From Peribolospora baueri (Eukaryota): a DNA stretch of 64,000 nt. The translations under genes and the position numbers were made by a program. This document shows, in pieces, positions 11,369-24,928 of the stretch. Location: positions 124,001-188,000 of the forward strand of contig JAMDHS010000019.1 of assembly GCA_029717555.1 (NCBI GenBank). Reading direction: 5' to 3'. The notes under the pieces are model-generated. The model did no database searches and had not been told where the DNA came from. It was given only the letters and a program-made list of their open reading frames with translations. Within the stretch, counting starts at the first letter, position 1; each line of letters starts with the position of its first letter.

Positions 11369-13864
11369 ATGGCTGAGAAGCAGCCTCTTCTCGACGAGCC
11401 CGTCACGACGGCGTCCCGTCCCGCTCCGCGGCATACCAGCTCGCCCTTCCTCACCGTCCTCAAGTACGCCCTCGTCGTCTATCTTGGCTACTCACTTAAC
11501 TCCCTTTTCGGGCCACATCATCGTGGTCGGCATGGCGGTCACCACCACCTCTCTCACCATCAGGGCCCACCCCGCTTCCCTCGCGTGGTCACTCCGCCGG
11601 TAGTTTTCGACCCCAAAGACTCCGTGCCCTCTTGTCCAGCCCAGCCTAAGGCGATCGCAGCCAAAGTCGAGTGGGACCCGGCCACCGTCAAGGGCTACAG
11701 AGAAGAGAGTGCCAAGCGCTTGTCGGACCTCGTGCGCGTGCCTTCCGTGTCGTATGACGATCTCGACTTTGAGCTCAAAGACCCGAGGTGGAAGACTTTC
11801 GACGACCTCCTTCCGCTCATTGAGAAGACCTTCCCTCTGATGTGAGTCATGCCAGCCCTGTTACAATAGCAGCTCCGAAAAATCCTCTAGGCATGCCCTC
11901 ATCCACTTTTTTGGTTTGGCTGTGATCGCTCGATAGTCACAAGCACGCCCCACCAGAGCGCGTCAATACCTATGGTCTCCTGTACACCTGGAAGGGCCGC
12001 AACCCTTCTCTCAAGCCCATCGTCCTCATGGCCCACCAGGATGTGGTGCCCGTAGAGGCTGAGACGATCGACCAGTGGACCCACCCGCCCTTCTCTGGTT
12101 ACTTCGACGGTCAGAACGTCTGGGGACGGGGATCGTCAGATGATAAGAGCATGCTCCTCGCTCTGTTGGAAAGTGTCGAGCAGCTCATGAAGGGGGGTTG
12201 GGAGCCTGAAAGGACGGTGATACTAAGCTTCGGGTTTGACGAGGAGGTTTCCGGTCCGAGGGTGAGTCTATCGCCTTTATTGACGGACTTTTGCGCCATC
12301 TATGCGCTGCTGTGCTCGGACCCTTGACGATATTACTTCTCTGTCCTTTGTAACTCTTCCTACGTCGTTTATAGGGCGCAAAGTACCTCGCCGCCCATCT
12401 TCTCGAAAGGTACGGCAAGGACAGCATCGAGTTCATTGTCGACGAGGGCGGCATGGGCATTGGCGAGGTGCACGGCTTCGAAGTCGCGTTGCCTGGCGTG
12501 GGGGAGAAGGGCTACACTGACGGTGAGGGACCATTCATATTCCAGAGCAGATATGATGGCTGACACAGGCGAGCCCCGTTTCTGTTTGCGCTACCCAGTC
12601 CTCCTTAGCGTCAACGTTATCGGCGGCCACTCCTCCGTTCCTCCGGACCATACTGGCATCGGCATTCTCGGCAAATTGCTCGCGGAGCTTGAGCTCTATC
12701 CCCATCCGACGATCATCTCCAGCGCCAACCCGTGGATTACCTCACTAATGTGCGCGGCTGACCACTCTCCCGATCTGCCTAAGGAGCTCAAAGCCTTGCT
12801 CAAGGACCCTAAGAGATGGGGCCAGGTCGGAGAGATCCTCCGTACTCAGGGAGGAATAGAGCAGTACCTTGTCCAGACTTCCCAGGCCATCGACTTGATC
12901 CACGGTGGCGCTAAGGTGAACGCCCTTCCTGAGAGCTCGAGCGCTGTCGTGAACCACCGCATCGCCGTCGAGCAGTCTGTCACAGAGGTGCGCCGACGCG
13001 TGGCTGACGTTTTGAAGCCGGTCGCTGAGGCCGCCGGTCTCAAGCTCAAGTTGGCCTTTGACGACGAGTTCGGTCCCTACGATGAGGAAGATGCGATGGA
13101 TGGAACGGACGCGAATGGCACCGTGGTTTTGAACTCGTTCGGATCGGCCCTGGAGCCTGCTCCCGTCAGTCCCACTGATAGCCCGCAGTGGGAGACCCTC
13201 GCTGCTACCATTCGGCACCGTGAGCTTACCCATCTCCTTCTAACCGGTAATTGACTTTGGGTCTTTGGATAGTTCGGTCAACTGAACACGCATTCCTTTT
13301 ATGACATCCGTCCCGCTCGCAAACCATACCTCCCATATGATCAGTCTACCCTACGAAGTCCGGAAAAAAGGACCGCATCGTCGCACCCGCCATCATGACC
13401 GGCAACACGGACACGAGGTGGTACTGGGACTTGACCAGGCACATCTGTGAGTCTGGTGGGCTCCATTTTCGCCGCTCCCAAGCTGCTAACAATCGACTTG
13501 AGTTGAATGGATGTCTGACGATCATATCTTTGACTAACCGCTCCTCATTCTTGCACCCTCATACCTGGCTTACGTGTGTAATTACCGCAGACCGTTTTTC
13601 TCCAATGATGGTGAACAGAAGTGATGGCCTCGGCAAGATACACACAGTCGACGAGCACACGGTGAGTGGCCCGCGCCTTTCGCACTGATTCTACTCCGGC
13701 GCCGTCCGGTCGCCCACATACAACCCGAACTAATAATGTCCTCTCTTTCTGTTCCTCTCTTTCTGTCTTTATATCCCGTGGATGAACAGGACATCGATGA
13801 CCACCTCAGGCAGACTCGCTTCTTCCACGCCCTCATTCAGAACGCCGACGCGCTGAGGGCCTGA
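11369..13864 (+). CDS. CPS1: M20-family Gly-X carboxypeptidase (carboxypeptidase S-like, type II membrane)
   Basis: N-terminal TM segment, LMAHQDVVPV, WGRGSSDDK, FGFDEE, VDEGG, GGHSSVPP, GNTDTRWYW and IHTVDE. Confidence 0.9.
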
Positions 13865-14258
13865 GATCCTTGATATCTTCATAAGCTCGTCTATATAGCG
13901 GCGACGTACAAGGAAGGAAGGAGGGAGATGATAGGAAGGAATGGAAGGCGAGGCGAGGCAACGAGCGATGTCATGTTAAATGCTTTTGGTCCGTAGTGAT
14001 TTACGTTCGTTCAAATCAGAAATGTTGTCGCTTACTATAGTCCTATGTAGGAATGACAAGGTGGCCCGTGCACGGCGGCGGGTCATCGTCCGTCGGCCCG
14101 GGCCCATGAGCCGGGATCTAAGCGTGTGTGGCGCCGTGTCTCTTTCACTCCAGCCGACATCCCGACGCTCTCTTTCTGGACGAACACGACTTCGGCTCTC
14201 CCCTGATTCCAGGCTTTCCCTTGATTCCACTCCTACTTACGGCCTGTCTCCGTCCACT

Positions 14259-16352
14259 ATGCCTCTTCGTCCCTACCATGGCCCGTACGCGGTAGGCACG
14301 GCAGAGCTGGAGATCCTCGTTCGCGAACCGCGCACGTTCGGCGAAGACTTTCGCACGCTCTCCGACGGCGCGTTCGCTTTCCGACTCGAGACGGTGCTCA
14401 TGACCGTCTTTTATCCCGCAGACATGGACGATGAGAGGAAGAGGGGCAGGAGAGAGAGACACGCCGATTGGCTGACTAGGTGAGATGCGGTGTGTCGCAG
14501 ACGAGCAGGTCGGCTGGGGGTGGGCTCTAGGTGAGGTGGCAGTTTTGCCCTTCCCCCAGGATCGCACTCCTTAGATGTAAATGGACTACTATCTGCGAGG
14601 CTAGAGATGTACATTTGGGAAGAATCTCGCTCCTCATGCTCCCACTCCGCGGCTTGTGTCGACAGACCCAAGACGGGCACCATTGCTGGCCTGATGAAGT
14701 ACGCAGGTTTCAGTCCGTTGTTGGCCTTGCCTGTCAGCCTGCCCGCAGTCGGTATGATCTTTGCGCAGGTGAGAGAGCTTTGTCTCTTCACTTTCCCGTG
14801 TTGACGAAGCGGTCCGATGACCTTACACCTCTCATTCATTAAACCGCAAGCTGTATGCGCATGAGAATGTCCCTCTGGCCCGCTCCTCCCCTTCCACACA
14901 AGGTTCGCCTCCTTCGGAGCAGGGAGTGCCTCCAGTCACCACCTCTGAGAGCCCCCCGTCCTTTGAAAGCGCGAGGCCTTTCCCGTTGGCCATCTTCAGC
15001 CATGGTCTCGGAGGTACGAGGCACACCTACTCTCAGTTTTGCGGCGAGCTCGCGTCTAAAGGGGTCGTCGGTGAGCATGGAGTTGGAACCGTGGCTGGAT
15101 GCCCGACTTGTAGTCTCCCAGCGTTTAGCTCACATCGTTACACTCCGCACCGTCTCCTACATGCATCAGTGGTTGCCGTCGAACACCGCGATGGCTCAGG
15201 GCCCTCGACACGCATCCATTTTCCGTCCGGTGGTCCCCCTCGCGATCTCCAATACGTCCGCGCCGCAGAGCTGAGCTCAGACTCGACCCCTGACCACGCC
15301 AAATCCGACTCTTACGCTTTCCGTCGAGCGCAACTGCTTCTTCGCCGGGCTGAGTTGCTTGAAGCGTTTCATGTCATGCAGCGTATCGAGGCGGGGGAAG
15401 GTGAGGCGGTTCGGAAGGCATCGATGAGGAATACGGATGGACAAGAAAACGTGAGGTGGGAAGAGTGGAAGGGACGGGTGGATACTGAGAAGGTCTTTGC
15501 TGCTGGACACAGCTACGGCGGGGCGACAGTCGTAAGTGGCATTACTAGGCGGCTCCGAGCATGGCGTCGCCGGCGTCGCTCAGTTCTTCTGCTGTCTGTC
15601 CTAATCGATCCACCAGATTGAATGTCTGCGTGATGCGAGCACGCCCTTCCTGCTGGGCCTGGCCCTCGATCCCTGGCTGGACGCCATCGACCCCGCTGTG
15701 GAAGTTGGCAGCGAGCCTTTGATCAAGCGACCGCTCTACGTGATAAATTCGGAGCAGTTCACCGTGTGGAGAGAGCATTTCGTTCGGCTCAGGAGAATCG
15801 TGGCCGAGGCGAGACGAGGGAGCGGGCGCGGCTGGCTCGTCACTTTGGGTGAGTGAGACGATGGTGCCCGTGAGTACCCAAAGGATAGGTCGCTTTTAAC
15901 CCGTTGTACAAAATCCTCTTACCCAGCCGGTTCGAGGCATCCGGACTTCAGTAAGTCCTTCCTGTTCCTACTTGTCGCGTGATTAGGTTACGGGATGGTG
16001 CATGCTGAATCGCTCGTGTTCTACTTCTTGCGCGTTCGCAGGCGATTTCCCTTTCGTCTACCCACTTGTCTTCCGTTCGTCTGTCAAGCCGGACATCGCA
16101 ATGTCTCTCTTTGTCAGCTCGTCCATCAAGCAACTGGTTTTGCTTCTTCGCGAGGGCATTTCCAGGTCGTCCAAAGGCAATGGCCACGGGAACGTGGATT
16201 TGACAGAAGGTGTAAAGGCGGAAACGCAGTTGCTGAACACCCTCGAAGCGCCTCTCAACTGGGAGGAAAGGGGCCAGGGCGTTGGCGCCAAGGAGTACAA
16301 GAAAGGGGAGCTAGGATATCCTGGCGTTTTGACCGTTCATCAGATAGATTAA
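14259..16352 (+). CDS. platelet-activating factor acetylhydrolase-like alpha/beta hydrolase
   Basis: GPYAVGT, IFSHGLGG.R..YS, AVEHRDGS, nucleophile elbow GHSYGG, LDPW, and His motif HPDFSD (24-nt microexon at about 15927-15950). Confidence 0.88.
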
Positions 16353-16553
16353 CGTCTCGCATGAGACTGACGTTTTGACCGTTCATTAGATTGATCAACG
16401 TCTCGCGAGAGACGGGGGCTTTGATAGAGGGAAGGGGGAAAGACGTAATCGGAACATAGAGCAGAGGTCATTCCATACATTCTTGGATTGCATCTATGCG
16501 GTTTGTCTAGAAGGCATCCTCGAGGTCGCAGCCAGAAAGGAATTTAAAAAAGT

Positions 16554-17629
16554 TCATGCTACCCAACTATAGGGCCAGATGGAACGGTAGCACGCGTCGA
16601 CCTGTGATAAGAGGCGGTGGTGGCTCTTCGTGAGTACGAACTTCTAGGGGGGCGAAAGAGGAACCACTCACCCGACTAGTCAGATACCGGGGGCCGTAGC
16701 CCGCCTCCCCGATCCTCACCACTCCAGCAATCCACACAGCGGCCATTGAGACGGCAGCAGCGGATTTGGCGATTCTGGCAGTCCTTGGTCCAGTATTCCG
16801 CACTGTTGCGCCGGGGCCCCGAAGCAACTTTGCGCTCCCCATCACGGCATGCCATGCAAAACTGCCGCACAGCATCGTAAAGAGGCCATAGGTCAGGACA
16901 GGATAGCGGTGTAGTCCATGGGCAACGAAAGAGTAGTCAAGCTCTGACGGGGAGAGCTCAGAGTAGGGAGAGGCGACGGAGGAAGGTATGATGCGGTGGA
17001 GGAGGGCGTGGATTGACACGGCTGGGATGAGCAGCCAACCAGTGATGCCATGCAAGCTAGGCAGGCGACCAGAAAAGAGGCGGCGTACGACTCGGGAGAA
17101 CACCGGTTCGCTTTCTGACATTGTCCCCTCTGCTTTCTGGGGCAAAGACGAGGGGAAAACATCCGACGATGCCTGTTTGCTTGAATCAGGAGAGGCGGGT
17201 CCAGGCTCAGAAGGTCGAGTAAGGATGAGGAGGCGTCTGGCGGTCGAGGCCAGGATGTGAGCCGTCAAAGCCCCCCAGACAATGACTGGCTCGGAGAGCG
17301 GGTTCTGGTACCACACTCGTCCGAGGACCTGCGGAGCCAACACCATCGACACCAGCATAAAGCATAACGATCGTCCAGTCAGCTCACGACATAGTAGTGC
17401 CTCGCACACTCCAATAGCTCCAACTGGAGAGAAACGATAATTTTCAAGTCAGTCGCGACGCTCTCACCATCGCCTTGTTTGCCAGATCCTGCCCTCCGGC
17501 GGCGGCCAAAACCGGTGCGGCGAGGTGAACAACAGTGAAGGCACTGAACGCGATGGCGGAGCTGTTCTGGACACGTGCGCACGCATCGATCGTCTTTCTG
17601 CGCCAGTCGGTGGGAAGACTGAGTGACAT
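16554..17629 (-). CDS. MCP1/DUF1691-family mitochondrial membrane protein
   Basis: Spliced VQNSSAIAFSAFTVVHLAAP..M|VLGRVWYQNPLSEP..AHIL, plus LHGITGWLL..HALLHR and LDYSFVAHGL. Several TM segments carry His residues. The last exon ends RSIWPYSWVA-stop. Confidence 0.75.
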
Positions 17630-18119
17630 TCTGCTGGTGGGGGGATCTCGTGATGGAGGTGTTCGATATGCGAAGGAGAGGTGTCTTCTACGAGCAAGTT
17701 TGAGATCGGCGTAACGAGAGAGGAAGGCGAACGCGCGCCACTCGGTGTGGATCTTAATCGGGGCCGGACAAGACGCCGAAACGCACAGCATGACCAACGT
17801 GATGGACGAACTCCGCAAGTGAAGAAGGACAGACAAGTCAAACTGGACATGTGGCCCGCACCGGCCAATACAGAGAAGGAAGCAGCGTTTGTCATAGCAG
17901 CTAGGGGATTGCTACAGGAAAGAGTCCCCGCGTACCGAATTTCCAGCATTCACTCGATGTGCATTTATTTACTGATTGTGAGGCGATGTTCTTGCTGCGG
18001 CGGGCGAATGGTTGCACGTGAGAACAGGAGAAAGGTGCTGACTAAGCGAAAGGTCCGGTGGTCCGCGAAGGTTCCTTCGAGCGTCGCTTGCGATATACCC
18101 ATACGCGACGTAGGCAACG

Positions 18120-20341
18120 ATGCTCGCCAGTCTCGGACGGCGTCCGCCACCGCCCTTTGATCTCCCTTTAACCGTACAGCGACGGGCCTTCTTCCTATCT
18201 TCTCGCTCTCTCGATCAACATCGCAAACCGGCTCCCTCCCCGTCCTCCTCCTCCGGCCGCCACCATGCCCACCACCACCTACCAGACCCCGTCATCGACT
18301 ACCGCTCGATAGCAGAGGACATACCTCGACGTGCACACAATGCATCTATACGAAGGGCTCCCATACGCTCCGAAGAGGTAGCCGAGATTGGAGAGCTTTG
18401 GAGAAGGAAAAGGGATGTTGAGAAGGGGTTCGCAGAGCTTCACCGGAAGCAAGGGAAGGTTTCTGAGATGCTCAAAAGGGCCGGTAGCGGTGGGAAGAGC
18501 GGCGGGCAGATGAGATCGATCTTGGATGGGCCGATGAGTGTTGAGGCGGCGAAGGAAGAGGCGAGGAAGCTGAAAGACGAAAGCAGAGAGCTCAAGGTCG
18601 AGTTGGATGAGTTGGAGGGGAGGATGAGAGCGTTGGCTTCAAGGTTACCCAACGATACTCATCCGGACGTGCCGGTGGGCGGCGAGGAAAAGGCAAGGGT
18701 TGTCCAGGTTGTTGATCCTCATCGTCGACTGGACGCAAGCTCGTCACTGTCACCATCATCGACATCCGGCGTGCCTGAAATTGCGTACAACCTGTCAGGG
18801 TCTGAAGATGCCCGGCTCGACCACCTCTCCGTCGCCTCCCAGCTCTGTCATCCTTCTTTTCCCTTCAACCCCATTGACATGGATGCAGGAACCACCGTCA
18901 CTGGCCCCTCCTGGCCCTTCCTCGTCGGCCCCTTAGCCTCTCTCGAATTCGCCCTCGCCCAATACGCACTTCACGTCGCCGTCTCGCATGGGTTTGTGCC
19001 CGTCGTGCCGCCAGATGTTGTCCGGTTTGATGTTGCACAGAGGTGCGGTTTTGCGCCGAGAGAGGCCGATGCAAACCAGACGTATTTTGTGGCCGCTGGT
19101 GGTGGAGAGCGAGGAGGAGCCACCTTGGAACGAGGAGGAGAAAGAGGACTTTGTCTGGCGGGGACGGCGGAGATCCCCCTTGCTGGCCTCTTTGCCAACC
19201 GCATCTTCACGTCCTCTACCTCATCTTCCTCCTCCGCCTTCTCTCTTTCTTCCGGGAAGCCCATCAAGGTGGTCGCGCTGGGCCGCGCATTTCGAGCCGA
19301 GGCAGGTGCTCGAGGAGCCGACACCCGCGGTCTGTATCGGGTGCACCAATTCTCCAAGGTGGAGCTCTTCGCAGTGACTAGGCAGGAGGAGAGCAATGGT
19401 GTGTTGGAGGAGTTGAGGAAAGTGCAGAGTGAAGTCTTCGAGGGACTCGGATTGACTTTCCGGTGAGCAAAGACAGATAAAAGGTGGTAATGAGAAGCGA
19501 TGGCTACGCATGACAAGGCCGGGATAGTTCGATATCCCTGAACGCTTCCTTTCTTTGTCTCATTACCCTGACTCTCTTGCTCCTTCTGTTCACACGCCTT
19601 TTCTCTACCGTCTCCTCGTCCTTCCTTCGACCATGACCGACCGCTTCAGGGTCCTCGACATGCCCACCGAAGAACTAGGCGCCTCGGCATATCGAAAATA
19701 CGACATCGAAGCCTGGATGCCTGGTCGAGGCAAATGGGGCGAGGTGGGTGTATCATCTTAGCTTGCTCAACAGTTTCCCCAACCAAGGTCCTATCTTGCG
19801 GGTTTTCCCCTCTCTCGTTTTTCTCCCTCGCGCCTTCTGGTTGTGAACATGGGCTCGAACTGATCTGTGGTCGCATGAACCTTCTTTTTCTATCTCTCTT
19901 TCCCCCTTCCGGCCTGTGATCTGTGGAATTGGCCGCCAACTTATCCATCTCCCCGCCTTACCGTTTCTCTCGGTCACTTGACTTGCCCTTGTGCAGATCT
20001 CGTCCGCATCCAATTGCACCGATTACCAATCTCGTCGTCTCTCCATCCGATATCGTACCCATTCTCCATGCTCCGCCTCTTCCGCCACTTCCGGCACTGC
20101 ATCCTCAACCCTTTCCCCCGAAAGCTCACCGGCCCGTTCCAGCTCGGCCCTCCTCTATGCCCACACCCTAAATGGAACAGCAGCCGCCATCCCACGTCTA
20201 ATCGTCGCCTTGCTCGAGAATGGTGCGGAATTGGACGAACGGGGCATATTGAGGCACTTGAGGTTACCGAGTGTTTTGAGGCGGTGGTGGATCGGTGCTG
20301 GAGTGGGGGACGAGGGTGGGAGGATAGTTTGGGAGGAATAG
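18120..20341 (+). CDS. DIA4: seryl-tRNA synthetase, probably mitochondrial (3 exons)
   Basis: Presequence-like N-terminus, coiled-coil arm, [67 protein letters not shown] and [12 protein letters not shown]. Confidence 0.92.
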
Positions 20342-20843
20342 AAGGGTCCTTGAAGGGAAGAAGAGTTGAGCCGACATTAGAGGCGAGGCGAAGACGCGTG
20401 TAGCGTGGCAGAGGGAATCGGGCCCCATCGTCCGAGGCGCTGAGGATCTTTCCGGCCTAACGACCCACGAAGGGCTGAGAGGAATGAGAAGTGCAGTCGT
20501 GACAGACGTACGCTCGAAACGTGGGAAGACGCGAACGAAAAGCAACCCTGTTGACCGCGCCTTGCGGCTACCCTCCTGATCTGTCTCCAGCTTCAGCTCC
20601 AGTCAGGCAGAAGAGCTGAAAACGTACCATGGCGATCGGCAATCATCTGCGCTTAACTCAGGCCAGTCCTGTCCAATCGCAACGAACACGGTGATCGAGG
20701 GTACCAAGATGACAATGAACTGGTGGACAGTGTCGCTAGAATACATGCACTTAGGGTTGTGGTGAGACAATCAATGGATGGACGAGGGGACACATATGGA
20801 TGTGCAAGCTCGTGGGCAAGACGCTGGATTGCGAGCGGTCGAC

Positions 20844-23800
20844 TCACGCCTTGAAAACGCGTGACGAAAAGAGAGTTGCCGTCAATGCTCAATCCTGCAT
20901 AAATCAGGCGAATGCCAGAGCCAAAGTTTTCCGACATACGCACCAGGTAGTTGTAAACGCTCTTCGCCTCTGCGCGCTCGAGATACTCGCGGTCAATCAG
21001 GCTCTCGATCCTTTTCTTGATCAATGGCGGGTGCGGCTGGAATCTGCTGGCGAGCTGGTGCGTTACCTCGTTGACAAGCTCGTTGTGCGACATTGTCTTT
21101 CGGTCCTTCATAACGCGCACGATACAAGCCTGAGAGACACGATATGACAGAAGGAAAGGTAAAAAAAAAATAACCACCAAATCAGCAAATCTGCGTGTAG
21201 ACCAATAAGGTGACTACGGAGAGTGAGAGAGAAGGCAGCGTACCTCGATTTGGTTCTTTCTCGCCTCTTCAATCTTCTCCTCCGTCTCCTTTCTCTCGTC
21301 CGCATTCTCTACCCTAGCCGCTACAGTGGCTATCTTGATGCGTGTCATGGGCGCAGAAAAGTTTTCATTGAAGGCAAACCGGTCGTTCGGGTTGATGTCC
21401 CGCCCCTTCGGCGTCTTGGTGAGGATCTTGTACTTCGCGCACGCGAGCGACTGCAGGGTTCGCTGCAGCTCTCCATCGGGAATGTCCGTCACTCGTTTGA
21501 TGTCCTGATTGAGGGAACATGCACAATAAATATCGTACCATAAAGGGCGAGTCGCATTGATGTCGTTATTCGCTCACCTCATATGACAAACTCTCTCCTT
21601 CTGCCACGTCATTAAACAGTAGAAGAATGACCAGCGCATATGTCGATACGTTTAACTCGTGCCTTCGGCCCTTGAATGTGGCCTTGACGTCCGCGTTGCC
21701 GTGGTTGGGATGCCAAGTGAGCCGGCGGCCGGAGTGCCGGCTGAAGTAGAAGCGCTCGAACGACTTGCACGCATCCACCATCTCCGGCGCAAGGGTGCAT
21801 GGGACGGCCGTCAAGTGCATTGGCCAGAACGTCGAAGTGAGCACTGACACGGACAAATCGATGGCCGGTTTCTGTGATGCCAAAAGAGACCGTGGTACAC
21901 ATCCCAATAGATCAGATTTAGTCCATGATTCCCAAGACGTATTCTCAAGCTCACTGACCTCGCTTCGATCCAAGCACTCTTTCCAAGCACTCATCGTATC
22001 GGCGCTAATTTTCATATCATTCAACATGCCCTGGAGCTTGGTGATATACCCGTGGCCGCACTCGACCTTGAGCTTGGCCATCATGCCACGCTCGGCGTCG
22101 TCGCTGACGCTCCTTCCTTGGATGAGGCGGCGAGCGAGGTGGTTCTTGTAATAACGCTCGAATGCGTCCTTCTCGGTAAGATACCTGAACAGAGTGATGG
22201 TCTTGTCGAGGACGACGTCGACTTCCTCCTCGGTTTTCTGCTCGGATCAAGTGAGCGAAAGGCGTGTAAGCGTGAGTTGTAGCTTAAAGAGACTGGAACC
22301 TCTGTTGCAAGTCACTAACCCCTTTGAGGCCCTTTTTGAGGTTCTCGTCGATGAACAGGGAGATAAACTCCGGCGCTCGTTGGTTCTGGTTAATGAAGGA
22401 TTCGAACGCCTTTTGACGGCGGATTTTGTACACCATAAGTGGAACGTCAGCGGGAACCCAGTTGAGAAGCACCGGAGCAGACTCTACTCACCTCATTGAT
22501 GGCAGTCTGACAGCCGCGGTCGCCGCCCCACGCCTTGACGAGGATGCCGTCGAACTTGTCCTTAAAATCCAAGACGTCCTGCACCCATCGCAACGCCATA
22601 GCAGCTGCTCCCGTCACGGTCGGCCCACTAGCGCCAGGGCGCTCCTTGGTTTTACCTTTGCTCTTCGCATCCGTCACTCCCGCTTCGTCATCCGGTCCTG
22701 CAGCGGCTGTTGGCATATGGGATGAGGGTGCATCTTGGCCTGCTCCTACCGCATCCGTTGCGGCCTCTGCAGCACTCGCCGCCCTTTGCGCGGCGACAGT
22801 CGGACCTCCGGTAGTGCCGAGGAGAGCTTGCTCATTGATCTGCTTCCCCTTCGTAAAAATATACTCCTTCACACCCTTCTTCATCGTGTCCAGACCGCCC
22901 ACTACTCGACCGAAGAGGCGATGCATGCGCGCGAGATCTACAAGTCTCTCTGCGTCTAGCATGTTGACGAGCCCGCCAGCCGGCGACTGGACGATGGCAT
23001 CCAGGTGAGTAGTAAGTAGGTGACACTCGAGGAGTTCGCGAAGAGATTTCTCCGTAAGCTCCGGGGAGAGGAAAACCTGCGCCCGCTCGGCTTCGTCGGC
23101 AAGACGCCGCTCGACGTGAGAAAGATATGCAGGCATGTCCGATGTGTCCATCATCCGAGCCGCCTCCGCCTTATAGTATTCTGCAGAGGTGGCAAGGAAA
23201 GAAGGTTCAAAGTCGGTCTTGTAGACAGACTTTTGAGTGCGACCGTCCGTGAGAGTCAATAGCATTTCGATATTAGATTTGAGCACGGAACGGTTGATCA
23301 CGGAACCAGAGCGTTCGATTTGGACTTGGGCCAAGAGAGCGACAAGGAGGTATTGGTGAATGGGGTGTTTCGGAGAGCGGACCACGATGTCCCTGAAGAT
23401 TTCAAGGCCGAGGTCCCAAATCAGGGGCACTCTGGCGGACGAGACGTAGACACGGTCCTGAGCCGATAACAGAATATATGTCCGTTAATTCAAGTCGCTG
23501 AGGCCAAAATTCCAACCGTCTCAAAGCAGATAGTGTCAGCCGGGCTTCTCACCACGTATTTCAGAACATCCTTGAGCTTGCTCATACAAGTGCAGTGATC
23601 GTCCCAAGCGTCCTTGATCGCCTTAAGCAATCTTTCTCCAGCTTGTGCCTTTGCCACCGCATCAGTGGAATCGGAGGCTCCTAGTCCGGCCAATGCTTGT
23701 CCAGGAGCCACCACCCCGTCTGCTTCATTTGTCTCTCCGTCGCCTGTCAGATCCATGGTTGCTGAAGAGGTGGAGGCCTTCTTTTTCGTCGAACTCGTGT

Positions 23801-24375
23801 ATGCGGTCGCCGAGGGGAGAAGAATGACGGAGTTGGCAGCCGGCGCTGCGCCTCCGGGAGGGAAGGCGGAGACGATGTCTTGAGTGCAAACCTTGGCTAG
23901 GTGAGATGTTACCAGTTGCTGCACTCCTTGATAGAGTGTGTCACCGTGCTTGTGCTGATAACATGGACGAAAGGTAAATTTGTCAGTGCTATCGCCATCT
24001 TTGCCCCGAGTCCCACGCAAAGCGGCCAATTAGACTCGTACTCGGTGTTCCGCCTTGTACGCACCAAGACGAGGTTGTACGCATAGCGATAGTGCTCCTC
24101 ATAGCTGAGCTTGGAGATGTTGTGATTTTGAATCTCGGATATAGCCTTTGCCAATCGCTGCCACATCTCTTCGACCGGCATGTCCAGACCGGGCTGGGGG
24201 TTAGAAGGGCAGGCAAAGGCGAGGGCGGTACCCAGCGTCGCCAGAAACCATGAATAGGTGTCGGCTCAGTCGATCCATGCTTCGGATAATAACCAGGGTA
24301 ATGTCTCACCCTTTTCGGTGCCTTGAGCTTCACTCCTCCCCTCATCCTCCGCTGACTGCCCATGCCCATAGCCAT
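20844..24375 (-). CDS. CUL3: cullin-3 E3 ligase scaffold (multi-exon)
   Basis: [51 protein letters not shown], neddylation motif IVRVMKDRK and [12 protein letters not shown]. The C-terminus YNYL|A-stop has a 2-codon final coding exon. Confidence 0.95.
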
Positions 24376-24928
24376 GTCGTCCGCTCCAATCGAGTTTCTC
24401 CTAGGCTGCGTGCCTGGCCGGCGAGAGGTGGCGATCGGATGGGTGATCGAAAAGAGGCTGATACCCTAGCAGCGATCGTAGCGCTGTGGGACGTTGAGGG
24501 GGTGTATGATCAGGAAGAAGGAAGAGGGTGGGTAGGTGGTGGTGGTGGTTGGAGGACAAGGCGAGCGGTGCGACACGGAAGCGCCAAAATCGATCTCGTG
24601 CACCTCAAGACGCGTGCGGTGGTTGGCAGACAAATACGAAGACCACTGCCATCACCAGACACAACCTCAGCCTGCTCGGGACGCTTTCCTTCTTTCTTCT
24701 CATCTTCCTTGGATATTAATGAGACATGGTTGAAGGATGGACTCTTGGACGGGCTTTTTTTGAACCATAAACCTTCCAATCGGTGAGTTTCATCGCGCGT
24801 ACCGTTCTCGGTCCTCATCGCGTGTTGACAACAGCCAGCCCGATCTTCCTGCGATCCTCTCTTCGCAGGTGGCCTTTCCAATTCTCATATTCAGGCCACG
24901 CCATTTTTCGCTTTCCCTTCCAGTTGCC

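Noticed and set aside
16325..16413. Short direct repeats as a CRISPR array (also 49634-49692)
   Set aside because: Only two adjacent copies, no spacers, no cas genes and a eukaryotic context.
22398..22412. tRNA T-loop-like GTTCGAATCC on the minus strand
   Set aside because: It lies in CUL3 coding sequence (AFESF) and forms no cloverleaf.
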